A stretch of DNA of 64,000 nt from a virus: positions 59,606-123,605 of IMG/VR virus record IMGVR_UViG_3300025000_000064; one strand, written 5' to 3'. Under the pieces are notes generated by a model. The model was not told the DNA's origin. It made no database searches and saw nothing but the letters and a program-made list of their open reading frames with translations. The position numbers were made by a program, and so were the translations under genes. Shown here piece by piece: positions 1-9,123 of the stretch (its first letter is position 1; each line of letters opens with the position of its first letter).

Positions 1-330
1 ATAATCATTTGTAATAAAACTATCATTAATAAGCAGAACTGAATCATATGAATATTCATATCTTATTATATAGTTTCTAGCCTTTTGCCATCCGCTAAAT
101 TCCCATTCATGATTATTACCTTTTATTTTTATTGTCTTAAATTTAGAAAAAATTTCATCAGCACAAATCCAATCATCTGGATAATAACATTCTTCACATT
201 TATTATCTATTTTTACAATTTCAATATTATAAAAGGGTTTTAATTTATTTAGATATATTTGTAATATATCCCATGAATAAGGATATTTATTATTATCATA
301 TTCAACATATAAAACACATATATTTTTCAT
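1..330 (-). CDS. Partial GT-A-like protein, third paralog of the WEFSG family (runs off the left edge; absent from the ORF track)
   Basis: Manual translation from ATG at 330: MKNICVLYVEYDNNKYPYSW...IVKIDNK...GNNHEWEFSGWQKA...SVLLINDSF. It has the same motifs as the two upstream paralogs and an AGGA RBS. Confidence 0.8.
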   Translation of the reverse strand, partial: MKNICVLYVEYDNNKYPYSWDILQIYLNKLKPFYNIEIVKIDNKCEECYYPDDWICADEIFSKFKTIKIKGNNHEWEFSGWQKARNYIIRYEYSYDSVLLINDSFITNDY

Positions 331-331
331 A

Positions 332-1057
332 TTATCCTATGTCCTCTGTTATTCTTGTATATAAAGATAATTCATTTAGCAACATCAAACTTTTCATCCT
401 GAAGAAATCCCACTCTTTTTCTATATTTATAGGGCTATGCCAATGCAATTGTAAGTTTCTTACAATATTGTTTTTTGCAACTGAATTAATAGGAGCGCCT
501 AATAATATGTATGGATAACTTGCATTTGAAGAGATGCATTTATCTATGAAATCAATATTGAGAGTTACCAGTGTTTTTATTTTATTTATAATATTTTTGG
601 ACAACATGAAACAATGCGTTCTCATGTATTTTTTTATATTATACTTATCAATTATTAGTTCATATGGTTCTGCATCTAATATATTACCAATAATTTTATC
701 ATTTTTTCTGCATTCATAAACACAGTTGTCGTTAATAATAACCGAAGGGCTATCATTTCCACCTGGGGCTAAAAATGAATCATTAACAAATAATATAGAA
801 CTATAATCATCGTTAATGGATTTTAAATATTCGATAACCTTTGTGTGACCAGAAAACTCCCAACAAGTATTATCTCCATCAATATATGTTATATTATCTT
901 TAATTATTGGATTGAATAAATTGCTAGACCTTTTATTGTCCACAACAATTATTTCAACATAATGATTTTTAATTTTTTTAAGATATTTTATAAGATATAA
1001 TAATGAGCTTGGATATTTTTCAGTATTATATTGTACAAAAGAAACAATTAATTTCAT
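332..1057 (-). CDS. Putative divergent GT-A/GT2-like glycosyltransferase (WEFSG paralog 2)
   Basis: IIVVDN, GDNTCWEFSG, ILFVNDSF and RTHCFMLSK motifs; collinear with the N-terminal part of 1068..2108. The function is inferred. Confidence 0.5.
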   Translation of the reverse strand: MKLIVSFVQYNTEKYPSSLLYLIKYLKKIKNHYVEIIVVDNKRSSNLFNPIIKDNITYIDGDNTCWEFSGHTKVIEYLKSINDDYSSILFVNDSFLAPGGNDSPSVIINDNCVYECRKNDKIIGNILDAEPYELIIDKYNIKKYMRTHCFMLSKNIINKIKTLVTLNIDFIDKCISSNASYPYILLGAPINSVAKNNIVRNLQLHWHSPINIEKEWDFFRMKSLMLLNELSLYTRITEDIG

Positions 1058-1067
1058 ATAATTTCCT

Positions 1068-2108
1068 TTAGTTATATAAAGATTCTATAGTTTTTATTTT
1101 TAGTAATTCTATTTGGCTCTTTATTGTATTGGGTTCAAATAGTGTATAAATAGCAAAATCATATTCTATATTTTTCTCAATAAATTCTTCTGGCGTATAA
1201 ATATTAATATCGTTTAATTTGCCTTTTGCTTTATTGTCCAGAAAAGCCACTATGTTTTTAGATAATAAATTACTTTCAATAAACATTTTTTTGACGCATG
1301 TTGATGCTCCAATGCATACTATTTTTTTATTATCTGGAATGCTGTTTATAATATCTTTTAATTCATATTCTGCTCTATTATATCCCAATATTCTCATTAT
1401 TCTGGTATATAGGGTTAATTCATTTAATAGCATTAAACTTTTCATTCTAAATAATTCCCAATTTTTTGATATGTCAAAAGAACTGTGCCAATTAGTTGTT
1501 AAATTATTAACAAGATTTCTTTTGACATTAATGCAAATTGGAGCGTCTTTCAAAAAATACATGTTATCTTTTTTATATAAATCAATGCATTTATCTACAA
1601 AATCAGCATCCACCGTAACTAATGAGCCTATTTTATCAACTACTAATTTAGATAACATAAAGCAATGAGTTCTCGTATATTTATTTACTAAATATTTACC
1701 TATTTTAAAATTTATTGCGGTATTGCAAAAATTACCAATAATACTATTATTTTCTACACAATTAAATACATTATTATCATTTATTATTGTAAGTGGTGAA
1801 TCATAACCGCTTGGGGCTAAAAATGAATCATTTGCGAATAAGATAGCATCATAATCAATATTTTTTTCTTTAAGATATTGTAAGCCTTTATCCCAACCGC
1901 TAAATTCCCAAACTGAATTATCTCCCGATATTGTAGTAACACCATTAAGATAACCACTCTCAGAACCTTCTTCATCTTTATTGTCTATGACAATTATTTT
2001 CACACTATTTTCTTTTATCTTGTTCAAATATTTCTGTAAATAAAATAAAGAATTTGGGTATTTTTTAGTATCATACTGCACAAAAAGAACAACTAATTTA
2101 TAATACAT
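1068..2108 (-). CDS. Putative GT-A/GT2-like glycosyltransferase (WEFSG paralog 1) with a C-terminal Rossmann-like extension
   Basis: IIVIDN, GDNSVWEFSGW, ILFANDSF and RTHCFMLSK; the C-terminal IVCIGAS...IVAFLDNK...IYTPEEF segment resembles small domains seen in glycan loci. Confidence 0.5.
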   Translation of the reverse strand: MYYKLVVLFVQYDTKKYPNSLFYLQKYLNKIKENSVKIIVIDNKDEEGSESGYLNGVTTISGDNSVWEFSGWDKGLQYLKEKNIDYDAILFANDSFLAPSGYDSPLTIINDNNVFNCVENNSIIGNFCNTAINFKIGKYLVNKYTRTHCFMLSKLVVDKIGSLVTVDADFVDKCIDLYKKDNMYFLKDAPICINVKRNLVNNLTTNWHSSFDISKNWELFRMKSLMLLNELTLYTRIMRILGYNRAEYELKDIINSIPDNKKIVCIGASTCVKKMFIESNLLSKNIVAFLDNKAKGKLNDINIYTPEEFIEKNIEYDFAIYTLFEPNTIKSQIELLKIKTIESLYN

Positions 2109-2110
2109 GC

Positions 2111-3043
2111 TTATTTATTTCCTTCTTTGTTTAATAATTCATTCCAAAATTTTAATATATCATTCTCTTCTATTTCTTTTGTATAATTTTGTTTTATGAA
2201 ATTGATATCCTCTTCTTCAATATAAAGTTCACACTTTATTACATGCTCTATTCTTTTAACGAAGTCTATTATATCTCCATGTTCAACAATATGACATAAA
2301 TCAAAATATTCTCTGCAACCCATACCTGTATATCCAATAACTGTACATCCGCAAGCCATAGCTTCAAGTGGAGGAGCTGCACATCCTTCATTTTTGCTGA
2401 ATGACAAGAATATCTCAGATTCTTGATATGTTTTTATTAACTCCTCTTCTGTCATATTTTCTATGGCAATAAATTTATAATCTTTTAATCTCCCCCTAAG
2501 TTTTAAAATAGATATTACTTGGTCAACATCCTGTTTGTTTTTTCTTGGCATATAACAGCATTGCTTTTTCTTTTCTACTATTGGAAAAAACTTGTTAAAA
2601 TCAATTGAGATATGCACTCTATGGATTTTTCTATCTAAAAACATTTCTAAATATTGTTTACTATCTTCCGAAACGACCATTATGCCAATAACGTCAGGAT
2701 TGTTATAGTTAAAAATAGTATTTTCGTTTATTGTTCCATATGGGGCAAATGTATTATAACAACTCTGATTGAAAATAACTTTTTTACATTTTGGTACAGT
2801 GTTAAATGCATGATGATTATATATTTCAGGAAAAACTACAATATCATCTTCTTTAATTACAGTTTTGTCATAGGTTATCTTCGTATTGTTTGGGAACCAG
2901 TTGCATCTAAATGCTTCTGTATCATCAAAATGTAAAACATATGCTTCTATGCCATTTTTATTAAGAATATCCACATGGTCATACAACTTTTTTATTCCTC
3001 CACATGGAACACTATTTTCAGGACATCTAAAGTAAACTACCAT
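2111..3043 (-). CDS. GT-B (GT4-like) glycosyltransferase
   Basis: N-terminal GGIKKLYDHVDIL and C-terminal EGCAAPPLEAMACG, the EX7E motif of GT4 enzymes. Confidence 0.85.
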   Translation of the reverse strand: MVVYFRCPENSVPCGGIKKLYDHVDILNKNGIEAYVLHFDDTEAFRCNWFPNNTKITYDKTVIKEDDIVVFPEIYNHHAFNTVPKCKKVIFNQSCYNTFAPYGTINENTIFNYNNPDVIGIMVVSEDSKQYLEMFLDRKIHRVHISIDFNKFFPIVEKKKQCCYMPRKNKQDVDQVISILKLRGRLKDYKFIAIENMTEEELIKTYQESEIFLSFSKNEGCAAPPLEAMACGCTVIGYTGMGCREYFDLCHIVEHGDIIDFVKRIEHVIKCELYIEEEDINFIKQNYTKEIEENDILKFWNELLNKEGNK

Positions 3044-3619
3044 CTATTTATCACCTATCACTATTATATAAAATATATTACCTTGAATCCATTCTTCTAT
3101 TATGCACTTGTTTGGGAAATTTTGCAACGCTTCTTCATAATATTGTTTAATTTCTTCTTTATTCAATGCAAACTTATGGAAGAGCGAAGGTTTATTTATA
3201 GGGACAGATATAATTGCCAAATCACTTTTCTCAATAATTTTATTTAATATTTTTTTTGATAAATCAATATCAATATGTTCTAAAAACTCAAAAGAAACAA
3301 TTGCATCATAATGTTCTGTTAAAAAATCAGGATTGGAACAATCATTTGTAAAATAATTTATATTATCTCTTTTATAATATTTATTAGCAAAACAAATTGC
3401 TTCTTCTGAAATATCATATGAATTAATAAAGTAATTAAGTTCAGACAATATAAATGACCCATAACCAATACCGCATCCAATGTCAGCTATTTTTAAATTA
3501 TTCTTTGGCAATAATTCTTTTATTTTATTTCTAGCAAAAGAATATCTTTCTAAATGTTTTTGTTCAACACCATCCAGTGTTTTACTTACTTGTCTTTCGC
3601 CTGTAAATTCTAAATCCAT
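3044..3619 (-). CDS. Class I SAM-dependent methyltransferase (glycan O-methyltransferase-like)
   Basis: FTGER...HLERY N-terminus, IADIGCGIGYG motif I, YDAIVSFEFLEHI. Start placed at 3619 because of a TAATG overlap with the upstream stop. Confidence 0.85.
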   Translation of the reverse strand: MDLEFTGERQVSKTLDGVEQKHLERYSFARNKIKELLPKNNLKIADIGCGIGYGSFILSELNYFINSYDISEEAICFANKYYKRDNINYFTNDCSNPDFLTEHYDAIVSFEFLEHIDIDLSKKILNKIIEKSDLAIISVPINKPSLFHKFALNKEEIKQYYEEALQNFPNKCIIEEWIQGNIFYIIVIGDK

Positions 3620-4296
3620 TATATAGCCCTCTTTTGAATAATACATATTCCGCTAGGGTCTTTATAGCTTGTTCTATTTTGTTCTAATGTATTTTTATTG
3701 CTTACATAATCGTTTATATTTATCATGCTTACTTCAGTATTTTTCTCTTTAAATTCTTCCAATGCTCTTTTTACACCACCTTGACCAGAAGCGTCACATC
3801 TCTTTGCTAGCTCAGAAGAATCATGTAGTATAATAAATCCACCATGCTGTAACATATCATAATAGATGTTTAATTCCTTTATTGTTTGTTCATACTCATG
3901 AGAGCTATCTATTACTATAAGATTAGGTCTGTTATTTTTACAAATATCTACAAATGATTCATCGGTAGAACTATATGTATATGTTTTTACATAATCTATT
4001 AGACCAAACTTCTTTACAAAGTTATCCGTTATTTCTGTATGAAATGGATTTATGTCTACTGATATGAATGAATTTTTTGTTTCACTTTGTCTTAAAATCA
4101 TTGCTATTATGATTGACGAATATCCTAAAAAGTGTCCTAATTGAACAATATTAGTTATATTGTTTGCCGATATTAGAGAAGCAATAAAGGATATAAATGG
4201 ATAGCCACACTCCCCCATCCAGCTTTTTTCTTTCATTACTTTGAAAAATTCATCTATATTTTTCTTTTCTTCTATTGATAAATAATTATATTTCAT
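3619..4296 (-). CDS. Class I SAM-dependent methyltransferase (Methyltransf_24-like)
   Basis: IVQLGHFLGYSS motif I, LIVIDSSHEYEQT, GGFIILHD; start after a GGAGG RBS. Confidence 0.8.
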   Translation of the reverse strand: MKYNYLSIEEKKNIDEFFKVMKEKSWMGECGYPFISFIASLISANNITNIVQLGHFLGYSSIIIAMILRQSETKNSFISVDINPFHTEITDNFVKKFGLIDYVKTYTYSSTDESFVDICKNNRPNLIVIDSSHEYEQTIKELNIYYDMLQHGGFIILHDSSELAKRCDASGQGGVKRALEEFKEKNTEVSMININDYVSNKNTLEQNRTSYKDPSGICIIQKRAI

Positions 4297-5485
4297 TTCT
4301 TCCCTCCGCTTTATCATTTTTAAAAGAAGATATTATGTCTTCTTTAATCCTTCTTCCTGCATTTCCATCAAAAAATGGAATATATTTCTTTATTGCACTC
4401 AACCTTTCTTGCTTTTTTATATCTTCACCTCTTTTAAACATTTCTATAAAATTTATCATATCTTCACAAGTGCTACCAGTATAATATGTATTTATTAATC
4501 CAGATATAGCATCTGTCATAGCCTCTATATTTTTCTTATTATACATATACAATATTGGCTTTTCTGTAACCGCCACCTCTACCATTATTGCAGACCTACT
4601 AACAATTATACAGTCTACATTTAAAATTCCTGGTCTATAGTCATCTTCTAAATACATATATAAATTATCAAAACTATTTATTTTTTTCTTTATTTCTTCA
4701 ATTTCTTGTTCGTTTAAAATATTATATTCTAAAATAATTTCAAAGAATTTTGGATGAGGCATAAATATAAAGAATAAATCTTTATGATTTTCTATTTCAT
4801 TTAAAAACTTTTTATATTCTTCAAAGTCTGGTGTCACATAATGAATTTTATCTGTATTTGGTATTGAAAATATCTTTGGAAAATGAACTTTCCATAATAC
4901 AATTTTTCTCCCATTTGCTTTTTGTTTAATATTTTCTGGCAATGGAAAATTATTTTTATTATATAGTCCATCAAACTTTGGATGACCTAATGCCCTTGTT
5001 ATTTCTGGCGATATATATTTATCATAATCTTTTTTAATTAATGGTGAAAATGTATATATTCTCCATGCATTCTGCGGAACACCTTTTAAAAAATGTGCGT
5101 TCACTGATTCAACTGTATTGGATATTTCTATTCCATAAGTTATGTATACAATTTTTATACCTTTGTTTTTTATGTAATCAGACCTTAGCTCTAGTGGTCT
5201 ATGTCCTTCATCATAAGGTGTTTGCATTATCCAAATATCAGGACAATCTTTATCTATATTATAATCCTTATATTCTATAAACGAAATATTATTTTTTTCT
5301 AAAAACACTCTTGCTGTTTTCATTTGACTTTTTTCACAAATTTCTTCATCAAATAAAACAATTTTTACATCAAGTCTATCATCTTTTATACACTCATTAT
5401 AGAATGAGTCCCATGATGCCCAGAACGAAGCAACCTGAAACAAAAATACAACTTTTATTTTTTTCTTATTATTTTGAAATAACAT
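4286..5485 (-). CDS. CDP-glycerol glycerophosphotransferase (TagF)-like GT-B transferase
   Basis: MQTPYD, YITYG, LGHPKFD, FIFMPHP and DCIIVSRSAIMVEVAVTEKPILY patterns. Confidence 0.7.
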   Translation of the reverse strand: MLFQNNKKKIKVVFLFQVASFWASWDSFYNECIKDDRLDVKIVLFDEEICEKSQMKTARVFLEKNNISFIEYKDYNIDKDCPDIWIMQTPYDEGHRPLELRSDYIKNKGIKIVYITYGIEISNTVESVNAHFLKGVPQNAWRIYTFSPLIKKDYDKYISPEITRALGHPKFDGLYNKNNFPLPENIKQKANGRKIVLWKVHFPKIFSIPNTDKIHYVTPDFEEYKKFLNEIENHKDLFFIFMPHPKFFEIILEYNILNEQEIEEIKKKINSFDNLYMYLEDDYRPGILNVDCIIVSRSAIMVEVAVTEKPILYMYNKKNIEAMTDAISGLINTYYTGSTCEDMINFIEMFKRGEDIKKQERLSAIKKYIPFFDGNAGRRIKEDIISSFKNDKAEGRNEI

Positions 5486-5525
5486 TTATTTTACAGTTCC
5501 TTATCGTATAAATAATATAATCAAT

Positions 5526-6086
5526 TTATGATTTTACATTTAATATGGCTTTCATTATTACATGAACCAATATCATATGTATGTCTTCCGAAATCTGCAT
5601 ATCGTCTATGTTTGCATTGACGGAGTGTTTACTAATTTGTTTTAATATTCCACCACCATATCCTGTTATTCCTATTGTTATGGCTCGCTTGAGATTAGCG
5701 TATTCAATTGCCTTTATTATATTCTCTGAATTACCGCTTCCAGAAATACCTATTACAACATCACCTTTATTTAAAAAATTCTTTAATTGGTCTTCAAATA
5801 TAGATTCATAACCAACATCATTTGCATAAGCTAACATAGTGGGAATATTATCATTTAAACAGATAACCTTAAACATTTTTTTATCTTTTTGTTTTGTACC
5901 TTTATTTATATCACAAGCAAAATGAGAAGCCGTTGAGGCACTTCCCCCATTCCCCATGATAAATATTTGTTTTTCATTATCTCTTGCTTCTAATAATATA
6001 TTTACAACTTTTTTTATTTCATTTTTATCAATATTATCTATTGTTTTCTTTAGTCTGTCAAAATAATTATCTATTGTTGTCATCAT
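5526..6086 (-). CDS. gmhA: Sedoheptulose-7-phosphate isomerase (SIS domain)
   Basis: IFIMGNGGSASTASHF, ANDVGY, GDVVIGISGSGNSENI, QISEDIH. Confidence 0.95.
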   Translation of the reverse strand: MMTTIDNYFDRLKKTIDNIDKNEIKKVVNILLEARDNEKQIFIMGNGGSASTASHFACDINKGTKQKDKKMFKVICLNDNIPTMLAYANDVGYESIFEDQLKNFLNKGDVVIGISGSGNSENIIKAIEYANLKRAITIGITGYGGGILKQISKHSVNANIDDMQISEDIHMILVHVIMKAILNVKS

Positions 6087-7032
6087 AAATTATACTTGCT
6101 CCTTTGTCTTCAAACTTAAAATCTACTTCTTTTAAATCTATTAAGCTTCTTCTCAATTGTTCTTGATTTTCCTCTTTTACATAAAGTAATAAGAATCCAC
6201 CTCCACCTGCACCTAGCAACTTGCCACCGTCTGCTCCATTTTTAATAGATAAATTATAATAATAATCTATCTCTGTATTGCTTATCTCTGAAGATAGTTC
6301 TTTTTTATACATCCAGCCTGTATGTAATACATCTCCAATTGAATCAATGTTTCCTACGCTCAATGCAGAATTTAACATTTTAGCTAAGTCAACCATTTTA
6401 CTTAAATTATTATGATTAATCTCATAGCCTTCTAACACTTTATTTGCAGACCTAACATTTCCCAAATAAAATAAAAGCAAGTTGTTTTCAAGTTTATTTT
6501 TATTTCTTTTATCAAGCTTTATACTATTTACAGTAACAGAATCATCTTGGTTAAATATTATATAGTTTAACCCTCCGTAAGCAGAGGCGTATTGGTCTTG
6601 TTTGCCAATGGGACACTTTAATTTATCTATTTCAATATCACAGGCTTTATCTGCTAAATATTCTTTATTACAGTGTTTTTTATTATATGTACTACAGAGG
6701 TTTGTTAACCCTACTGTGAATGCAGAAGAAGAACCCAATCCTGTGCCTGATGGAATATCTGCACTTGAATTAAAGTCGACGCCTTTTATATTGTATTCCT
6801 TAAAGGTTTCTCTGATTATATTGTGTTTTATTTTATCAACAGAACTTACTTTTTCAATTTCAGAATACTTAAGAAAATAATTATCCTTTTCAAAATAAGG
6901 ATGCATGGAAAGGTAAATGTATTTATTTATAGTAACAGATAAAACAGCTCCACCATATTCCTTATAGTGTTCTCTTAAATCACTACCGCCACCCGCAAAA
7001 CTTATTCTAAATGGAGTTCTTGAAATAATCAT
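6067..7032 (-). CDS. hddA: D-glycero-alpha-D-manno-heptose-7-phosphate kinase (GHMP family)
   Basis: SRTPFRISFAGGGSD, DIPSGTGLGSSSAF, IGKQDQYASAYGG, GGKLLGAGGGGF; adjacent to gmhA. Confidence 0.92.
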   Translation of the reverse strand: MIISRTPFRISFAGGGSDLREHYKEYGGAVLSVTINKYIYLSMHPYFEKDNYFLKYSEIEKVSSVDKIKHNIIRETFKEYNIKGVDFNSSADIPSGTGLGSSSAFTVGLTNLCSTYNKKHCNKEYLADKACDIEIDKLKCPIGKQDQYASAYGGLNYIIFNQDDSVTVNSIKLDKRNKNKLENNLLLFYLGNVRSANKVLEGYEINHNNLSKMVDLAKMLNSALSVGNIDSIGDVLHTGWMYKKELSSEISNTEIDYYYNLSIKNGADGGKLLGAGGGGFLLLYVKEENQEQLRRSLIDLKEVDFKFEDKGASIIYDDNNR

Positions 7033-7714
7033 GCCTGACTCCCTCTAATTTTTCTAAAGTTCCCAAATCTTTTAATATTTCGTCTGTTTGATAAGCTATA
7101 ATTGAAACACCATTATTCAACATTCTTGGAAACACATCTTTGCCAAAATCTTGTGGCTCTGTAGAATCTATAAAATGAAGTATTTTATCTGATAATATAT
7201 AAACCGCTGCATTATTTAATAAATTACAATAATTTACCGCATGATTTCTTGGTTTTGGATAAAATGCTGTTACTTTATTATTATAAACCCGCAATACGTC
7301 TTCTTCTTCTGGACAAATAGGTTGTTGAACAATTATTGTAGCAAACGCTCTAATATGTTCATAAAACTCAATAAATTTATTAATATCAAAATTTAAATAT
7401 AAATCACCGTAAAATACCATAAATCTATCTTGTAATATTGATTTAGCAGAATATAAAGCTCCTGCTGTTCCCATTGGTTTTAATTCTTGTATGATAGTTA
7501 AATCTATACCATTTGGCATATTATCTTTAAAATAATCAACAATAACTTCGGATAAATGCCCTGCAATTATTACAATATCTGTTATTCCATGTCTTATAGC
7601 CAAGTCTATTTGATGATGTATAATGGGCTTATCACCCAATAACACCATAGGTTTTGGAATATCTTTCAAGCCAAGTCTTGTGCCTTTGCCACCAGCTATA
7701 ATTACAAGTTGCAT
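7007..7714 (-). CDS. hddC: Heptose-1-phosphate guanylyltransferase-like nucleotidyltransferase
   Basis: IIAGGKGTRL...PKPM, PMGTAGAL, FYGD, NAAVY, DLGT; located next to hddA and gmhA. Confidence 0.8.
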   Translation of the reverse strand: MQLVIIAGGKGTRLGLKDIPKPMVLLGDKPIIHHQIDLAIRHGITDIVIIAGHLSEVIVDYFKDNMPNGIDLTIIQELKPMGTAGALYSAKSILQDRFMVFYGDLYLNFDINKFIEFYEHIRAFATIIVQQPICPEEEDVLRVYNNKVTAFYPKPRNHAVNYCNLLNNAAVYILSDKILHFIDSTEPQDFGKDVFPRMLNNGVSIIAYQTDEILKDLGTLEKLEGVRHDYFKNSI

Positions 7715-8646
7715 TTGATTGCCTCCATTATTGCCTGATTAGATGTCATACTTGCTCTCCAACCCAGATTATGTATTTTATCTAAGCAATAATCAAATTC
7801 TGATACATCTCCAATCCAACCTTTATTTCCACCTGTGTATTGTACCTTTGTTATATTTTGTAGATTCATTGCCTTTATAACCATTTCTGCAATCTCTTTT
7901 ACATAAGTTCTTGTATTATTTCCTATATTATATAAATTTATCTTTTCATTTGTATTATTACAAACATATAATATTGCATCTATAAGTTCATCAACATATA
8001 AATATGGCTTATGTTGATTTCCATCTCCTAAAACCGTTAATGTATTTGGGTTTTCTTTTAATTTATTTATAAAATCATATATGATTCCATGTGTTGCTCT
8101 TGGTCCAACGACATTTGGAAATCTAAATATCCACGCTTGCATATCGTAGTTCTCAACAAAGCTTGATATAAATGCCTCTGAGGCTAATTTGGAAGCACCG
8201 TAATGTGAAACTGGAAGTAATGGTCCAGAATCTTCAGACAGTTTGCCTTTTAATTCTCCATAAACCGCTGAAGTAGATGCAAATACAATCTTTTTTACAT
8301 TGTATTCCCTCATGGTATTTAATATATTAAATGTTGTATCAAATGTATTACATAAATCAATATTCGGGTTTTCATTGCTTTTAGAAATATCAGAATTGGC
8401 AACCAAATGAAACACAGTATCTATATTTTCTTTTTCAAATATTTGATTAAGTATTTCCGAATAAGTAATGTTTGATTCATAAAATGAAAAATTAGGATTA
8501 TCAAAATTATGTTCAATATTATTTATTCTTCCATTTGATAAATTATCAACGACAATTACTCTATTGTCTTGAGCTAATAGGACATCAACTAAATGGCTTC
8601 CTATAAAACCTGCACCGCCTGTTATTAATATGTTTTTAGTTTTCAT
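7702..8646 (-). CDS. NAD-dependent NDP-sugar epimerase/dehydratase (extended SDR)
   Basis: LITGGAGFIGSH, FASTSAVYG, YGASK, FRFPNVVG. Confidence 0.92.
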   Translation of the reverse strand: MKTKNILITGGAGFIGSHLVDVLLAQDNRVIVVDNLSNGRINNIEHNFDNPNFSFYESNITYSEILNQIFEKENIDTVFHLVANSDISKSNENPNIDLCNTFDTTFNILNTMREYNVKKIVFASTSAVYGELKGKLSEDSGPLLPVSHYGASKLASEAFISSFVENYDMQAWIFRFPNVVGPRATHGIIYDFINKLKENPNTLTVLGDGNQHKPYLYVDELIDAILYVCNNTNEKINLYNIGNNTRTYVKEIAEMVIKAMNLQNITKVQYTGGNKGWIGDVSEFDYCLDKIHNLGWRASMTSNQAIMEAIKCNL

Positions 8647-8667
8647 TTTGCTCCTTTATATATAAAG

Positions 8668-8795
8668 GATGGCTTGCGGTGAGATTTGCACTCACTCCTC
8701 CCTGAACTAAATCAAAGATTCTATTCAGATATACGTTATCCACATATCATCCTTTGGACATGTCGAAGATGTCACTTAAACTACGCCAGCCATCT
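8668..8795 (-). ncRNA. 127-nt tRNA-like structured RNA, leader of the glycan operon
   Basis: Closing helix GATGGCT-G-GCG / CGC-A-AGCCATC, T-arm GTGAG-TGCAAAT-CTCAC and three internal hairpins; starts about 6 nt after a consensus -10 box. Confidence 0.6.
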
Positions 8796-8801
8796 ATTTA
8801 T

Positions 8802-8830
8802 ATTCTATATTATTTTTGTATGATTGTCAA
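8802..8830 (-). promoter_or_regulatory. Sigma70-type promoter for the leader RNA and glycan operon
   Basis: TTGACA-17 bp-TAGAAT on the minus strand. Confidence 0.85.
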
Positions 8831-9123
8831 TATATGCTTTATAATCAATCTTGGGATTATTTTTTTTAATATCTATTTTATTTAATATAACCATGATAGG
8901 AATGCTTATTGGGAATACTGCAATAATTAAAATTAATAATATTATTTCAGAGATAATCTGAAACATCTCTTTTATGGCTCTGAATATATTAGGAATATTG
9001 CCAATTGTTAATCGTTTTAATTCATTCAAACACAACAATATAAAATAATTATTATATTTATTATAATTACAGTTGCTTAATTTGCTATCTTCGTAATATA
9101 ATTTTCTTTTACCTTTTCTCACT

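Noticed and set aside
8668-8795. Canonical tRNA, intron-containing tRNA, tmRNA or cobalamin/SAM riboswitch
   Set aside because: There is no D-loop GG, no 5-bp/7-nt anticodon arm and no CCA; it is too short for tmRNA; the conserved cobalamin and SAM-I core sequences are missing beyond the T-loop.
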